Assembly (NCBI GenBank): GCA_040006055.1
Contig: JBDTXU010000069.1
Coordinates: 4,976-68,975, forward strand
Reading direction: 5' to 3'
DNA length: 64,000 nucleotides
Origin: Sphingomonas bacterium
Lineage (GTDB): Bacteria; Pseudomonadota; Alphaproteobacteria; Sphingomonadales; Sphingomonadaceae
Position 1 is the stretch's first letter, and each line of letters starts with the position of its first letter. Shown here one piece after another: positions 28,052 to 38,027 of the stretch. The translations under genes were made by a program, and so were the position numbers. The notes beneath the pieces were generated by a model. That model was not told where the DNA came from. It made no database searches and saw nothing but the letters and a program-made list of their open reading frames with translations.

Positions 28052-28935
28052 AAGGTCCGGCACCCGCCTGGCGGGACAGCCTGCTGCCGCTCCTCGCCGT
28101 TGGACTATGGAGCGGAAATTCGATCGTGGCCAAGGCATCGGCCGGGGTTGTCGGCCCGGTCGAGATGACCTTCTACCGCTGGCTGGGTGCGGCGGCGTTG
28201 CTCGCGCCACTGGCCATTGGTCCGATCATCCGGCATCGGGCCGCGCTTTTCCGCCGCCTGCCCAGGCTGATCCTGCTCGGTCTGCTCGGCTGCGTGCTGT
28301 TTCCCTATCTGATGTACCTCGCGGCGCCAGACACGTCGGCGATCACCATCGGCATCATTCAGGCCCTGATGCCGGTCATCGCCCTCGGCCTGTCGCGGAT
28401 GCTGTCCGGTGCCGCCATCGGCCGCGGCGCCTTTCTGGGCGCTGTCGTATCGTTGCTCGGCGTGATCGTGGTGGTCTCGCATGGCGAGCCTGAGATGCTT
28501 TTTTCGCACCCGATCAATCGCGGCGATGCGATCATGCTGGCGGCGACCGCATGCTTCGCCATTTACAGCGTCCTGCTGGAGCGCTGGCGCAGCGAATTGC
28601 CGCTGAGCGCCGAGCTGTTCGTGCAGGTGGGCGCGGCCAACGTCATCCTGTTGCCAGCCTTCCTCATGGCGCGCGAACCCGCGATCGCGCGCTCGGCCAT
28701 TCCGTTGATCCTCTATGCCGCCGCCGCCGCATCGGTCGCCGCGCCGCTGCTGTGGATGAAGGGTGTCGCCCGGATCGGGCCGACACGTGCAGCGACATTC
28801 TTTAACCTCCTGCCCGTCATCACAGCGGCTCTGGCGATTGCCGTGCTGGGCGAAGCGCTGACGGTCGCGCTGGTGTCAGGCGGGCTGCTGGCGCTCGCCG
28901 GGGTGGTGCTGGCTGGGCGTGCGGCCAGGGTCTGA
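28048..28935 (+). CDS. DMT/EamA transporter (probable CTG start)
   Basis: About 10 TM; first helix LLPLLAVGLWSGNSIVAK lies upstream of the first GTG (28126); RIGPTRAATFFNLLP. Confidence 0.85.
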   Translation: MKGPAPAWRDSLLPLLAVGLWSGNSIVAKASAGVVGPVEMTFYRWLGAAALLAPLAIGPIIRHRAALFRRLPRLILLGLLGCVLFPYLMYLAAPDTSAITIGIIQALMPVIALGLSRMLSGAAIGRGAFLGAVVSLLGVIVVVSHGEPEMLFSHPINRGDAIMLAATACFAIYSVLLERWRSELPLSAELFVQVGAANVILLPAFLMAREPAIARSAIPLILYAAAAASVAAPLLWMKGVARIGPTRAATFFNLLPVITAALAIAVLGEALTVALVSGGLLALAGVVLAGRAARV

Positions 28936-28949
28936 CGCGTCGGGCAGGA

Positions 28950-30458
28950 TCAGCCGAACGCAGCTGTCCCCTCAAGCCGCATGCACACCGCCTTCGGCTC
29001 GGTAAAGGCGTGGACCGCCTCGGTGCCGAATTCGCGGCCGAGTCCGGACAGCTTGCTGCCGCCGAAGGGCATGGCGAGATCGAGCACATTATGGGTGTTG
29101 AGCCAGACAGTGCCGGCATCGATCCGTTCAGCGAGGAGATGGGCATGATCGAGGTTGCGCGTCCAGATACTGGCGGCAAGGCCGAAAGGGGTGTCGTTGG
29201 CTAGTGAAACGATCTGCGCGCGGTCCTCGATCCGCATCGCGCAGACCACTGGCCCGAAGATTTCCTCGCGCATCACGGTCATGGCGGGAGTCACCCCGGC
29301 CAGCACGGTGGGGCGGTAGAACCAGCCCGGTCCCTCGCCCGCGCCCCCGCCGGCCACGGCCTGCGCGCCTTCGGCGATCCCGGCTTCGACCAGGCTGCGC
29401 ACGCGCTCGCGCTGGCGGGACGAAATCAGCGGACCGATCTGGGTCGCGGAGTCGAACGGCGAGCCGAGGCGCAATTCATCCGCAATCCGCGCGACGCCGT
29501 CCATCACCCGGTCATAGACCGGCGCTTCGATCAGTAGCCGCGAACCAGCGGTGCAGATCTGTCCGGAATTGGAAAAGATCGCCGCGGCGGCACCGGGGAT
29601 GGCGCGATCGAGATCGGCATCGGCCAGGATGATCGTGGGCGATTTGCCGCCCAGTTCAAGCGTGACGCGCTTCATCGTCGCGGCGGAGGCGGCCAGGATG
29701 CGCTGGCCGGTGGCGGTCGAGCCGGTGAAAGCGATCTTGCGGACCAGCGGATGATCGACCAGCGCGGCACCCGCCTCATGGCCAAATCCGGTGACGATAT
29801 TGACCGCCCCGGCGGGGAAGCCGGCCTCGGCAATCAGCTCGCCCAGACGCAGGGCAGTCAGCGAGCTCTCTTCCGAGGGCTTGAGCACCACGGTGCAGCC
29901 GAAGGCGATCGCCGGCGCGATCTTCTGGATCGCCTGACCGATCGGGAAGTTCCAGGGAGTGATCCCACCGATCACCCCGACCGGACGGCGCTGAGTATAG
30001 GCGCGGTACACCGCGTCCTCGGGCACCAGTGGATTGTGCGTGATATACTCGCCATTGATCTTGGACGCCCAGCCGGCGAAATAGCGCAGCCCATCGATCG
30101 TGAACTGGAGATCGATCGCATCAGTCACCGCCAGCAGCTTGCCGCTGTCGAGCGATTCCAGGGCGGCCAGTTCGGTGCGGTGTCGTTCGATCAGCAGCGC
30201 CAGGTTTTCGAGCAGGCGACCGCGATCGAGCGGGCGCATCGTCTGCCAGGCCCGGCTTTCGAAACAGGCATGGGCGGCCTTCACCGCGCGATCCACATCT
30301 TCGGCGGTGCAGGCCGGAAAGGCGATGATCGTCGCGCCGGTCGCCGGATCGATCGCATCGATCATGCGTTCGGCGCCGCGCGGAACGACCAGTTCGCCGT
30401 TCAGCAGAACCCGGCCGCTGGGGAGCGTGACGGGCGGAATGATGGTTTGAGAGGACAT
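28950..30458 (-). CDS. Aldehyde dehydrogenase (arylacetaldehyde dehydrogenase-like)
   Basis: PWNFP, FTGSTATG, LELGGKSP, GQICTAG, EEIFGP. Confidence 0.95.
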   Translation of the reverse strand: MSSQTIIPPVTLPSGRVLLNGELVVPRGAERMIDAIDPATGATIIAFPACTAEDVDRAVKAAHACFESRAWQTMRPLDRGRLLENLALLIERHRTELAALESLDSGKLLAVTDAIDLQFTIDGLRYFAGWASKINGEYITHNPLVPEDAVYRAYTQRRPVGVIGGITPWNFPIGQAIQKIAPAIAFGCTVVLKPSEESSLTALRLGELIAEAGFPAGAVNIVTGFGHEAGAALVDHPLVRKIAFTGSTATGQRILAASAATMKRVTLELGGKSPTIILADADLDRAIPGAAAAIFSNSGQICTAGSRLLIEAPVYDRVMDGVARIADELRLGSPFDSATQIGPLISSRQRERVRSLVEAGIAEGAQAVAGGGAGEGPGWFYRPTVLAGVTPAMTVMREEIFGPVVCAMRIEDRAQIVSLANDTPFGLAASIWTRNLDHAHLLAERIDAGTVWLNTHNVLDLAMPFGGSKLSGLGREFGTEAVHAFTEPKAVCMRLEGTAAFG

Positions 30459-30498
30459 GGTGGTTCCAGACGGGGTCCAGCAGAGCCTTGGCTCGGCT

Positions 30499-31965
30499 TC
30501 AGGGGGTTGGGGCCGGAGCGATGTCGCCTTCGACCTGGGTCGATCCGACGCTGGCGTAAATGGCGGGCCGGTATTTGCGCAACCACAGGCCATGCAGCAG
30601 CCCGATCGCGACCAGGCCCACGAACAGGAAGGGCAGGCGGTTGACTACCGTCAGGTCCGTGCCGGTCAGGGCCGGATAGTTGGCCAGCGACAGATAGGTG
30701 ATCACGGCAATGGCCAGCCCGGCGAACAGCGGTGCCCAGACCGTTCCAAAGGAAATCTCGCCGCGGCGCGCGAAGTAGAGCGGGATCGACAGCGAGGTGG
30801 TGGCGAGCAGGATTTCCAGCCCGACCGCGCCCATCGAGGACAGGCTGGTCGAAAGGCTCAACAAGGGGTCAAGCCCGGCGAGGGAGAACAGGGCGATGAT
30901 GACCGCCAGCACCAGCGTGAGCAGCAGGCACGCTATGTAGGGCGAGCCGTGGCGCGGGTGAATCAACCCCAGCGCGCGCGGCATCACGCCATCTCGCGAC
31001 AGGGCGAAGAAATAGCGGGCGATGTTATTGAAGAAGCCCAGCGCCGCGGCGAAAAGGCTGGTCACGGTCAGGAGGTTGAGCGCATCGCGTCCGAACTCGC
31101 CAAGGTATCGCATGGCTATCCCGCTCACCAGCCGTCCGGGATCGGCTGCGGCGATCTGCTGCACCTTCGCCGGCGACAGGGCCAGCACCAGGCACCACGA
31201 GGACAACACGTAGAAGGTGCCGAGGATCAGCACTGCGCCATAGGTGGCGCGCGGGATGGTCCGTTCGCGATCCCGCGCCTCTTCCTGGTAGATCGCGGTG
31301 GCTTCGAAGCCGATGCAACCGTTGATGGCATAGATGAGCGCAATCCCCAGCCCGGGCGCGAAGATCGCGTGTGGCGAGAAGCTGGAGAAGTCTAGTCCGG
31401 AAAACCCGGTATCGTAGAGGATCAGCGCATCGATCAGCACGATCAGCCCTACTTCCAGCAGCAGCGCCACGGTGAGCACTTTCACGGCCATGGTGATCTT
31501 GTGATAGCCCAGCCAGGCGATGCACAGGATGCTCAGCGCGGCCCACAGCTCCCACCGCGTCGTCACGCCAAAGGCGGTGTGGACCAGGTCGGAGGCAAAG
31601 AACGCCATCGCACCGAGGACCGAAGCCGCCGCGCAGATATAGGCCACCACCGCGACATAGGCTGCGGCGATCCCGGCCTCCTTGTTGAGGCTGTGCGCGA
31701 TATAGGCATAGAACGCCCCGGCGTTGCGGACATGCGGGATCATCCGCACATAGCCCATGGCAAACAGCATCATCACCGCGCCCACCATCAGCTGGGTGCC
31801 CGGCATTCCCGCGCCGTTGCCGAAGGCCAGCGCCAGGGGGATAATTCCGGCCAAAACCCCCATCGGGGCAGCACAGGCCAGAATCATGAAGATGATGTCG
31901 CCGGTACCCAGCAAGCCGCGCATCAGCCCGCGTTCGGGGTGTGCGTTGGGTTCGGCGGCGCTCAT
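30499..31965 (-). CDS. APC-family amino acid/amine permease
   Basis: About 12 TM; AAPM, NAGAFYAYI, GFEATAIYQEE, SRDGVMP, HPRHGSP. Confidence 0.92.
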   Translation of the reverse strand: MSAAEPNAHPERGLMRGLLGTGDIIFMILACAAPMGVLAGIIPLALAFGNGAGMPGTQLMVGAVMMLFAMGYVRMIPHVRNAGAFYAYIAHSLNKEAGIAAAYVAVVAYICAAASVLGAMAFFASDLVHTAFGVTTRWELWAALSILCIAWLGYHKITMAVKVLTVALLLEVGLIVLIDALILYDTGFSGLDFSSFSPHAIFAPGLGIALIYAINGCIGFEATAIYQEEARDRERTIPRATYGAVLILGTFYVLSSWCLVLALSPAKVQQIAAADPGRLVSGIAMRYLGEFGRDALNLLTVTSLFAAALGFFNNIARYFFALSRDGVMPRALGLIHPRHGSPYIACLLLTLVLAVIIALFSLAGLDPLLSLSTSLSSMGAVGLEILLATTSLSIPLYFARRGEISFGTVWAPLFAGLAIAVITYLSLANYPALTGTDLTVVNRLPFLFVGLVAIGLLHGLWLRKYRPAIYASVGSTQVEGDIAPAPTP

Positions 31966-31994
31966 GATTCCTGGGTCATCCTCTCGGTTCGGCA

Positions 31995-32010
31995 TGCAGA
32001 TCCATTGCCA
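31995..32010 (-). promoter_or_regulatory. Putative sigma54 (-24/-12) promoter for permease-ALDH
   Basis: Minus strand TGGCAATGGATCTGCA has exact GG-N10-GC spacing, 30 nt before the ATG. Confidence 0.5.
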
Positions 32011-32104
32011 TGGCGATCAATGGCAATTCGGCGGTCCGGCGGTAGTGCGCGGGCGCCACCATAGTTGGCATTTTCGGCCAGCGATGGGCTGAACGTCGAT
32101 ATTG

Positions 32105-32911
32105 CTAGCCCCGGGCCTCAAGGCCCGGCGCCAGCGCCATGACCCGCAGCGGGCTGCCAGACCCGCCCTTGATCTTGAGCGGCATGGCCACGATAACCGC
32201 GCCGAACACCGGCAGCTGATCGAGGTTGGTCAGGCATTGCAGGCCGAACCGGCCGTTGCCGTGCAGGATCGAGTGCGCCGGCAGCGGCTCGTCGAATAGC
32301 GAGGCCTGACCGGCATCGGTGCCGACGGTTTCGACGCCCAGGCCGATGCAGTTGCGCTCATGGACCAGAAACCGCATCGCCCCCGCATCCGGCCCGGGTG
32401 AATGGGCTCCATCGTCCCTGAGGTTGAGATAGGCTAGGGTGCCCACCCGCTTCGACCAGTCGGAGCGCAGCAGGATCCAGTGCCGTTCCGGGATCGGGCC
32501 GTTGCGCGCTTCCCACGCGTCCAGAAAGGCGCGGGTGACGACGAAATCCTCATCCTCCTCGGCCTCGCGCGCGATATCGATCACCACGGCGGGATGGATG
32601 AAGTCTTCCGGGGGAACGGCATCAACCGTGCCGTTGGGAATGTCGCGCCCGGTCACCCAGTGCGCCGGGGCGTCGAAATGGGTGCCGGTATGCTCGTTCA
32701 TGGAGATATTGTTCCAGTACCAGGCCGGGCCATTGGCGTCGTAGCGCGAGACCGTCTCCATCCGGAACGGTTCGCACTGGCCGAATTCCGAGGGCAGGAC
32801 GATGACCGGAAAGTCGCTCGACAGCACGTTGGTCAGATCAATCGCGCGGATTTCTCCACTCGCGATCCCGGCCAGCATGGCGGCAAGCGCCGGATTGACG
32901 GTGCGCGTCAC
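32105..32911 (-). CDS. Cyclase-family metallohydrolase (isatin hydrolase/kynurenine formamidase-like)
   Basis: EHTGTHFDAPAHW metal motif; GSGSPLR. Confidence 0.88.
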   Translation of the reverse strand: MTRTVNPALAAMLAGIASGEIRAIDLTNVLSSDFPVIVLPSEFGQCEPFRMETVSRYDANGPAWYWNNISMNEHTGTHFDAPAHWVTGRDIPNGTVDAVPPEDFIHPAVVIDIAREAEEDEDFVVTRAFLDAWEARNGPIPERHWILLRSDWSKRVGTLAYLNLRDDGAHSPGPDAGAMRFLVHERNCIGLGVETVGTDAGQASLFDEPLPAHSILHGNGRFGLQCLTNLDQLPVFGAVIVAMPLKIKGGSGSPLRVMALAPGLEARG

Positions 32912-34122
32912 AGATTCTTCTCCCTTGCATAAAGCGCTGGGTCGGCCAGCCAGCGCGCCATCGCATCGCTGGCGACATCGCCAACGCAGGTCTGTTCCCG
33001 GCCTTGTTGCAGGGCTTCGACGATGGCGGCGGCGATCCGGGCGGGGGCGACCCTGGGTGGTGGCACAGACTGGTGATGCTCGTCTTCGACCGGGCCGGTA
33101 AAGACCGACAGGACCCGCACCCCGGCGCAGCGCATTTCATGGCGGAACGCTTGCAGCAGCGAAAGGCGCGCGGCCTCGGCAGCGGCAAAGCCCGCCTGGT
33201 GCGCCGAACCGGTCAGGGCATCGCTCGACAGAAGATCGACGAAAGCGCCGTGCGGTCGGCTGGCGAGCATGGGGCCGCAGCCCTGCGCCAGTCGGGTGAG
33301 GCCGATCGCGGCCACTTCGAACGCGCGGCGCTGCTCGACGATATTGCCGCCGGCGCTCACCCCGCCGCCGCGCACGTGGCGGGCGGTGTTGATGACGATG
33401 TCGAGCGGCCCGCCGATTTTGCTCAGCGCTTCGGACAGGCTGACTTGGTCAGCGATGTCGAGCTGCACCGGCTGCACGACCGCTAGTCCGAGGATCGGAT
33501 GATCGCGGTCGCTTCGGCGCGAAGGCGGCGCCAGACCAGCGACGATCAGGCCCGCGCCGGCATCGTGCAGCGCCCTGACCACCGCCAGGCCGATCGCGCT
33601 GCGGGCATCGCTGACTAGCACCGTCTTGCCCGCCACGGGCACCACGAATTCGCGCAGTTGTGGATCGGCCATGTCGAAGTCTCCGGGGAGCGGGAATGCG
33701 AACATCGCGGCATTCCCGCCTCTGTCGAGTAAAAGGCGGACCCGCACCCGGTCGCCTGCCGCCAGATCTCGGTGCAGGTGGACCAGCGCCAGGGGGCCGG
33801 CATCAAGGGTGACCTTACCAACGCGCCAGGGCAGGTGATCACGGAAATAGAGGTCTGTCGATGTTCGGATGGTGGTTTCGCACAGAACCTCGCCGCCGCT
33901 TTGGCAATCCTGCCAGGCCAGTTCACCCCAGCAGGCGGGACAGGCGTCGCGCGGCGGGTAGGTTGCCGTGCCGCAGCTGGCGCAGACCTGCAGCACGAAG
34001 CGCCCTTGCGCGGCGCGGGCCGACATGGCGTGCATCGCCCGGCTGCGGGTGGCGGGCGCGGTGTGGCGGGCCTTTTTGCGCGCCAGCGGGTCGCGCGTCT
34101 CGCGAGGAATGCGGCTGGTCAT
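32908..34122 (-). CDS. DUF35 (zinc ribbon/OB-fold) fused to a degenerate SDR domain
   Basis: CASC..CPAC zinc ribbon; C-terminal Rossmann-like domain lacking TGxxxGxG and YxxxK. Confidence 0.8.
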   Translation of the reverse strand: MTSRIPRETRDPLARKKARHTAPATRSRAMHAMSARAAQGRFVLQVCASCGTATYPPRDACPACWGELAWQDCQSGGEVLCETTIRTSTDLYFRDHLPWRVGKVTLDAGPLALVHLHRDLAAGDRVRVRLLLDRGGNAAMFAFPLPGDFDMADPQLREFVVPVAGKTVLVSDARSAIGLAVVRALHDAGAGLIVAGLAPPSRRSDRDHPILGLAVVQPVQLDIADQVSLSEALSKIGGPLDIVINTARHVRGGGVSAGGNIVEQRRAFEVAAIGLTRLAQGCGPMLASRPHGAFVDLLSSDALTGSAHQAGFAAAEAARLSLLQAFRHEMRCAGVRVLSVFTGPVEDEHHQSVPPPRVAPARIAAAIVEALQQGREQTCVGDVASDAMARWLADPALYAREKNL

Positions 34123-35291
34123 CGCAGTGCTTTCAGCGCGGCCGCGCCGGTGCAGACGCCGCGATCGTAGTTGACCAGCCCGAAGCCGGATATCAGCGCG
34201 ATCTCGGCATCCGGCACCTGATCGCCCAGCGGCTGCCGGGTGATCTGGCGCAGGCCTTCGGTCACGTTCTGAAAGCCGCCGGCCGCGCCGGCCTGACCCG
34301 CCGAAAGCTGGCCGCCATTGGTGTTGAGCGGCAGGTCGCCGGCGATCTCGAAGCGCGTGCGCCGGATGAACTGCGCCACCTCGCCTTTCGCGCAGAAGCC
34401 GAGATCCTCGATCTGCATGGCCACGATCACCGGATAATCGTCATAGACCTGCAGGGTGTCGACATCCTCCGGCCCTATTCCGGCCGCGTCCCAGAAGCGG
34501 CCGATATCCATCGCCCAGCCGCCGCGCAGTTGGACGGGGTCGTCGGGAAAAGCGTTGTGCCGTTCAATCGTGGCGAGCACGCTTGCCGCGGCCAGCCCCC
34601 GCGCCGTCGCGATTTCGGGGGTGGTGACGACGAAGGCATCGGCCCCGGCGCAGGGCATTACACAGTCGTAGAGATGCACCGGATCGGCAATCGGTCGGCC
34701 CGCCAGATAGGCCTCGAGCGTCAGGGGACGGCGCTGCAGCGCGAGCGGGTTCGAACCGGCATTGGCGCGCTGCGCGATGCACAGCTTGCCGAAATCCTCG
34801 CGGGTGATGCCATAGGTGCGCATATAGGCGTCGGTGATCAGCGCGAAAGTGGCATTGGGGCCGCCAAAGCCATAGGGATAGACCGCATCCTGCGAAAACC
34901 GCGAAAAGCCTGCCAGGCTGTGGCGGAAACTGTCGATATGGTTGGTATCGGCGGCCATGCACAGGACGATCTCTGCGTCGCCGCACTGCACCGCGCGGGC
35001 GGCGCGGCGCAGCGCCATGACCCCGCTCGCGCCGCCGGTCGGCAGATGGTCCAGCCAGCGCGGCGACAGCCCCAGGTGCTGGGTCAGGCCAACCGCGGTA
35101 TCGGGCGCGGCCGAGAAGCTGGCAAAGCAGAAGCCGTCGATATCCTTTGCGGTCAGGCCGGTCGCTTGCGCCAGCTGGCGCAGCGCCCGTCCCGCCCACC
35201 AATGTGCACTTTCGAGCGAGAATCGGGCATAGGGCACCGTAATCGGCGCGCAGATCGCCACGCCGTCATAAGGAGCAGGCGGGCGGCTCAT
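34119..35291 (-). CDS. Thiolase-family (SCP2/Ltp2-like) protein
   Basis: PTGGASG (no N-terminal catalytic Cys), YDCVMP, QVYDDY, NTNGGQLSAG. Confidence 0.88.
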   Translation of the reverse strand: MSRPPAPYDGVAICAPITVPYARFSLESAHWWAGRALRQLAQATGLTAKDIDGFCFASFSAAPDTAVGLTQHLGLSPRWLDHLPTGGASGVMALRRAARAVQCGDAEIVLCMAADTNHIDSFRHSLAGFSRFSQDAVYPYGFGGPNATFALITDAYMRTYGITREDFGKLCIAQRANAGSNPLALQRRPLTLEAYLAGRPIADPVHLYDCVMPCAGADAFVVTTPEIATARGLAAASVLATIERHNAFPDDPVQLRGGWAMDIGRFWDAAGIGPEDVDTLQVYDDYPVIVAMQIEDLGFCAKGEVAQFIRRTRFEIAGDLPLNTNGGQLSAGQAGAAGGFQNVTEGLRQITRQPLGDQVPDAEIALISGFGLVNYDRGVCTGAAALKALR

Positions 35292-36904
35292 CCGTTCCGC
35301 TTCTTGAAGGTGCGGGTATCGTACAAGGCACCCGCTGCCATCCGTTCCGCGACGAGATCCTTGAGCGTGGCGCGCAGGATTTTTTCGGTGGAGGTGCGCG
35401 GCAGCTCGTTCACGAAGCCGATCCAGCCGGGAACCTTGTAATAGGCCATCTCATCCAGCCCCCAGCGGGCGATTTCTGCGGCAACATCCGCCCCGGCGCC
35501 AGTGCCGTTGGCCACGATCAGCGCCGCTACTTCGTCGCCGCGCACCGGGTCGGGCGTGGCGGCTACGGCCACCTGGCGGATCGCCGGATGCCTGGCGAGG
35601 ATCGATTCAACCTCAACGGCGGCGATATTCTCGCCCGAACGGCGGATCACGTTCTTCTTGCGATCGACGAAGTGCAGGTCGCCATCGGCATCGCGCGAGA
35701 TGATGTCGCCGGTGTGGAACCAGCCGCCCGTCCAGGCGTCCCGCGTCGCCTCGGGGTTTTTGAGGTATTCGCGGAAGAAACCGTAGCGCGGATCGGGGCC
35801 GGCGCGCCGAACCAGGAGTTCGCCCGGCTGGTCGCCCACGACATCGGCATCAGCATCGTCGACAATGCGGATGTCGACCTCGTTGGTTGGGCGTCCAAAG
35901 CAGCTTGTGCCGATCTTGCGCGGCGTGCGGTGGGCGCTGATCACGCCGCCGCTGCCGGTTTCGGTCATCGCCCAGGCCTCGATCAGCGGGAAGCCGAATC
36001 GTTCCTCGAACGGACCATGCAACTCGGCCGGAGCGCCGGCGCCAAAGCCGAAGCGCACCGCGTGATCGCGATCTTGTGCTGAGGGCCCGGCTTTCATCAG
36101 CATCGCCGGCATCACCCCCAGATAATGCAGGCACGTTGCCTTGCTGCGCCGCACGGAATCCCACCAGGTGGAGGGGTGGAACCGGTCCAGCAGCGTCAGG
36201 CAGCCGCCGATGGTAACCATCCCGATCACCGATACCGCCATGGCATTCATGTGGAACACCGGCAACGGGGTCAGCATCCGCTCTTCCCCCGGGCGCAGGC
36301 TGATCAAGCCGCCAACGTCGCGATACCAGTCGCCCGAATGGAGGAAATAGGCGTTGGTCAGGACGCAGCCCTTGGGGCTGCCGGTGGTGCCTGAGGTATA
36401 GAGCAGCCCCGCCTCGAGGGTGGCATCGTCTCCACTCGCGATCCCGCCCGTGCGCGGCAGCGGGTGCATCGGGTCGTCCGGGGTTATCGGAGTCATGGTG
36501 CTGCCGACCGCGAGGGCCGCCGCCGCCATCTCGTCCCGCCGTTCGGGCAGGACGAACGCAACCGACATTTCCGAATGTTCGATCAGATATTCGAGCTCGC
36601 TGCGACGCAGATCGGGATTGATCGGGACGACCGACGCGCCGAGAGCATTGGCGGCAAACCAGAGTTCGATGAACACGGGCCGGTTCTGCAGCAGCAGACC
36701 GACACGGGTGCCTTTGCCGTAGCCGGCTTCAGTCAGCGCCAGTTGCCGCGAGGTCACCCGATCGAGCATCGCCGCATAAGTGATTTCGCCGGCGGGGATG
36801 CCATAGGCCGCTGCCGTCTCGGGCAGGACATTCAGGAACGGCTTGTCGCCCCAGCGGATCGCCGCGGCCCGGAACCGTTCGAATACCGTCTTGTCATCCA
36901 CCAC
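35288..36904 (-). CDS. ATP-dependent acyl-CoA ligase (CaiC-like)
   Basis: LYTSGTTGSPKG, WAMTETG, WFHTGD, DRKKNVIRRSGENI. Confidence 0.93.
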   Translation of the reverse strand: MVDDKTVFERFRAAAIRWGDKPFLNVLPETAAAYGIPAGEITYAAMLDRVTSRQLALTEAGYGKGTRVGLLLQNRPVFIELWFAANALGASVVPINPDLRRSELEYLIEHSEMSVAFVLPERRDEMAAAALAVGSTMTPITPDDPMHPLPRTGGIASGDDATLEAGLLYTSGTTGSPKGCVLTNAYFLHSGDWYRDVGGLISLRPGEERMLTPLPVFHMNAMAVSVIGMVTIGGCLTLLDRFHPSTWWDSVRRSKATCLHYLGVMPAMLMKAGPSAQDRDHAVRFGFGAGAPAELHGPFEERFGFPLIEAWAMTETGSGGVISAHRTPRKIGTSCFGRPTNEVDIRIVDDADADVVGDQPGELLVRRAGPDPRYGFFREYLKNPEATRDAWTGGWFHTGDIISRDADGDLHFVDRKKNVIRRSGENIAAVEVESILARHPAIRQVAVAATPDPVRGDEVAALIVANGTGAGADVAAEIARWGLDEMAYYKVPGWIGFVNELPRTSTEKILRATLKDLVAERMAAGALYDTRTFKKRNG

Positions 36905-36925
36905 TTTAACGCGCCTATATATAGA

Positions 36926-36967
36926 TATGCATATACATATGTTTATAGATAAACAAACTACTGTCAA
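36926..36967 (-). promoter_or_regulatory. Ligase promoter with two adjacent operators
   Basis: -35 TTGACA (36967..36962); GTTTA-TAGA-TAAAC (36941..36954); TATGCA-TA-TACATA (36926..36939). Confidence 0.65.
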
Positions 36968-36997
36968 CGCGACGGCGACGCGATCGGATCAGGCCCT

Positions 36998-37459
36998 TCA
37001 GGGGCTCAGCCGGGCCAGATTTTCGAGCATGCGAAGCAGCACCTTGCGGCAGGCATTGCGCTCCGCCGCAGTGATGCCCGTGCTCAAATTATTGAAGTAA
37101 TCGTCCATCGCCGGCCAGCTTTGCCGCAGTTGTTCGCGGCCCAGCGCGGTCATCACGATTTCGCGCCGGCGCTGGTCGTGATTCGGGATGCGCCGCTCGA
37201 CTAGCCCTTGCGACACCATGGCGTCGACGGCGCGACTGGCCGACGATTGCTCTGTAAAGGTCCGCGCGGCGATCTCGTTGATGGTGAGGCCGTCCTCAAT
37301 GTGCAGTATCGAGAGCGTACGCAGGATCACCAGATTGATGCCGTTGGCGCCGAGCAGGCGGTTCTGCGTGGCCTGCCCGAGGATCGCGAGCCGGTTTACC
37401 AGATAGGGCAGGTAAGATTCCAGCTCGTCCTGCGAGGCGGGTGGTGCGGGGATAGTCAT
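36998..37459 (-). CDS. MarR-family regulator
   Basis: YLPYLVNRL, GLTINEIA, QSSASRAVDAM, DQRRREI..T..GR. Confidence 0.92.
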   Translation of the reverse strand: MTIPAPPASQDELESYLPYLVNRLAILGQATQNRLLGANGINLVILRTLSILHIEDGLTINEIAARTFTEQSSASRAVDAMVSQGLVERRIPNHDQRRREIVMTALGREQLRQSWPAMDDYFNNLSTGITAAERNACRKVLLRMLENLARLSP

Positions 37460-37956
37460 TCCGTTTCCCTTGGCGTGGTAATGCCGACACTGCCGGACAT
37501 CGCTTTCAGCACCCGCAGCGCCTGGTTCTTGTCGTCGGTGCCGAGGCCATGGAACCAGTCTTCGAGCATTGCGTCGTGGCGCGAGCGGACGGCGAGGTAG
37601 AGCTCCCGGCCGCGCGCGGTCAATTGCACCACGAACACGCGCCGGTCGCTGGCGGACATCTCGCGAGTGATCAGGCCATCGGCGGTCAGCCGGCGCACCA
37701 GCCCGGTGACATTGCCTCCGGTGACCTTCAGGTGCCGGGACAGGTTGCCTTGGGTCATGCCGTCGAAGCTGCGGTAGAGCTGCGCCAGCACGTCGAACTT
37801 GGCGAGCGTGACCCCGAACTCCCGACCGACGGCACGGTTGAGCCTGGCGAAGACCGTTCCGTGGACATCGAGTACGGCGTGCCAAAGCTGTGTTTCCAGG
37901 TTGCGCGGGTGCTTCGCGAATTCGCTCCCTGGATCGGGTTCATCGGACTCAGTCAT
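37456..37956 (-). CDS. MarR-family regulator
   Basis: TLAKFDVLAQL, GNVTGLVRRL, SDRRVF..LT..GR; ATGA overlap with the next marR. Confidence 0.92.
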   Translation of the reverse strand: MTESDEPDPGSEFAKHPRNLETQLWHAVLDVHGTVFARLNRAVGREFGVTLAKFDVLAQLYRSFDGMTQGNLSRHLKVTGGNVTGLVRRLTADGLITREMSASDRRVFVVQLTARGRELYLAVRSRHDAMLEDWFHGLGTDDKNQALRVLKAMSGSVGITTPRETE

Positions 37957-37983
37957 CCCATCCTCTCCAGGCGCCAGCCGCAG

Positions 37984-38014
37984 GCCCGGGGGGTATTGCG
38001 ATCTGCCCCCGGGC
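37984..38014. terminator. GC-rich hairpin between iorB and marR
   Basis: GCCCGGGGG...CCCCCGGGC stem. Confidence 0.4.
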
Positions 38015-38027
38015 GGGCAAGCACAAA

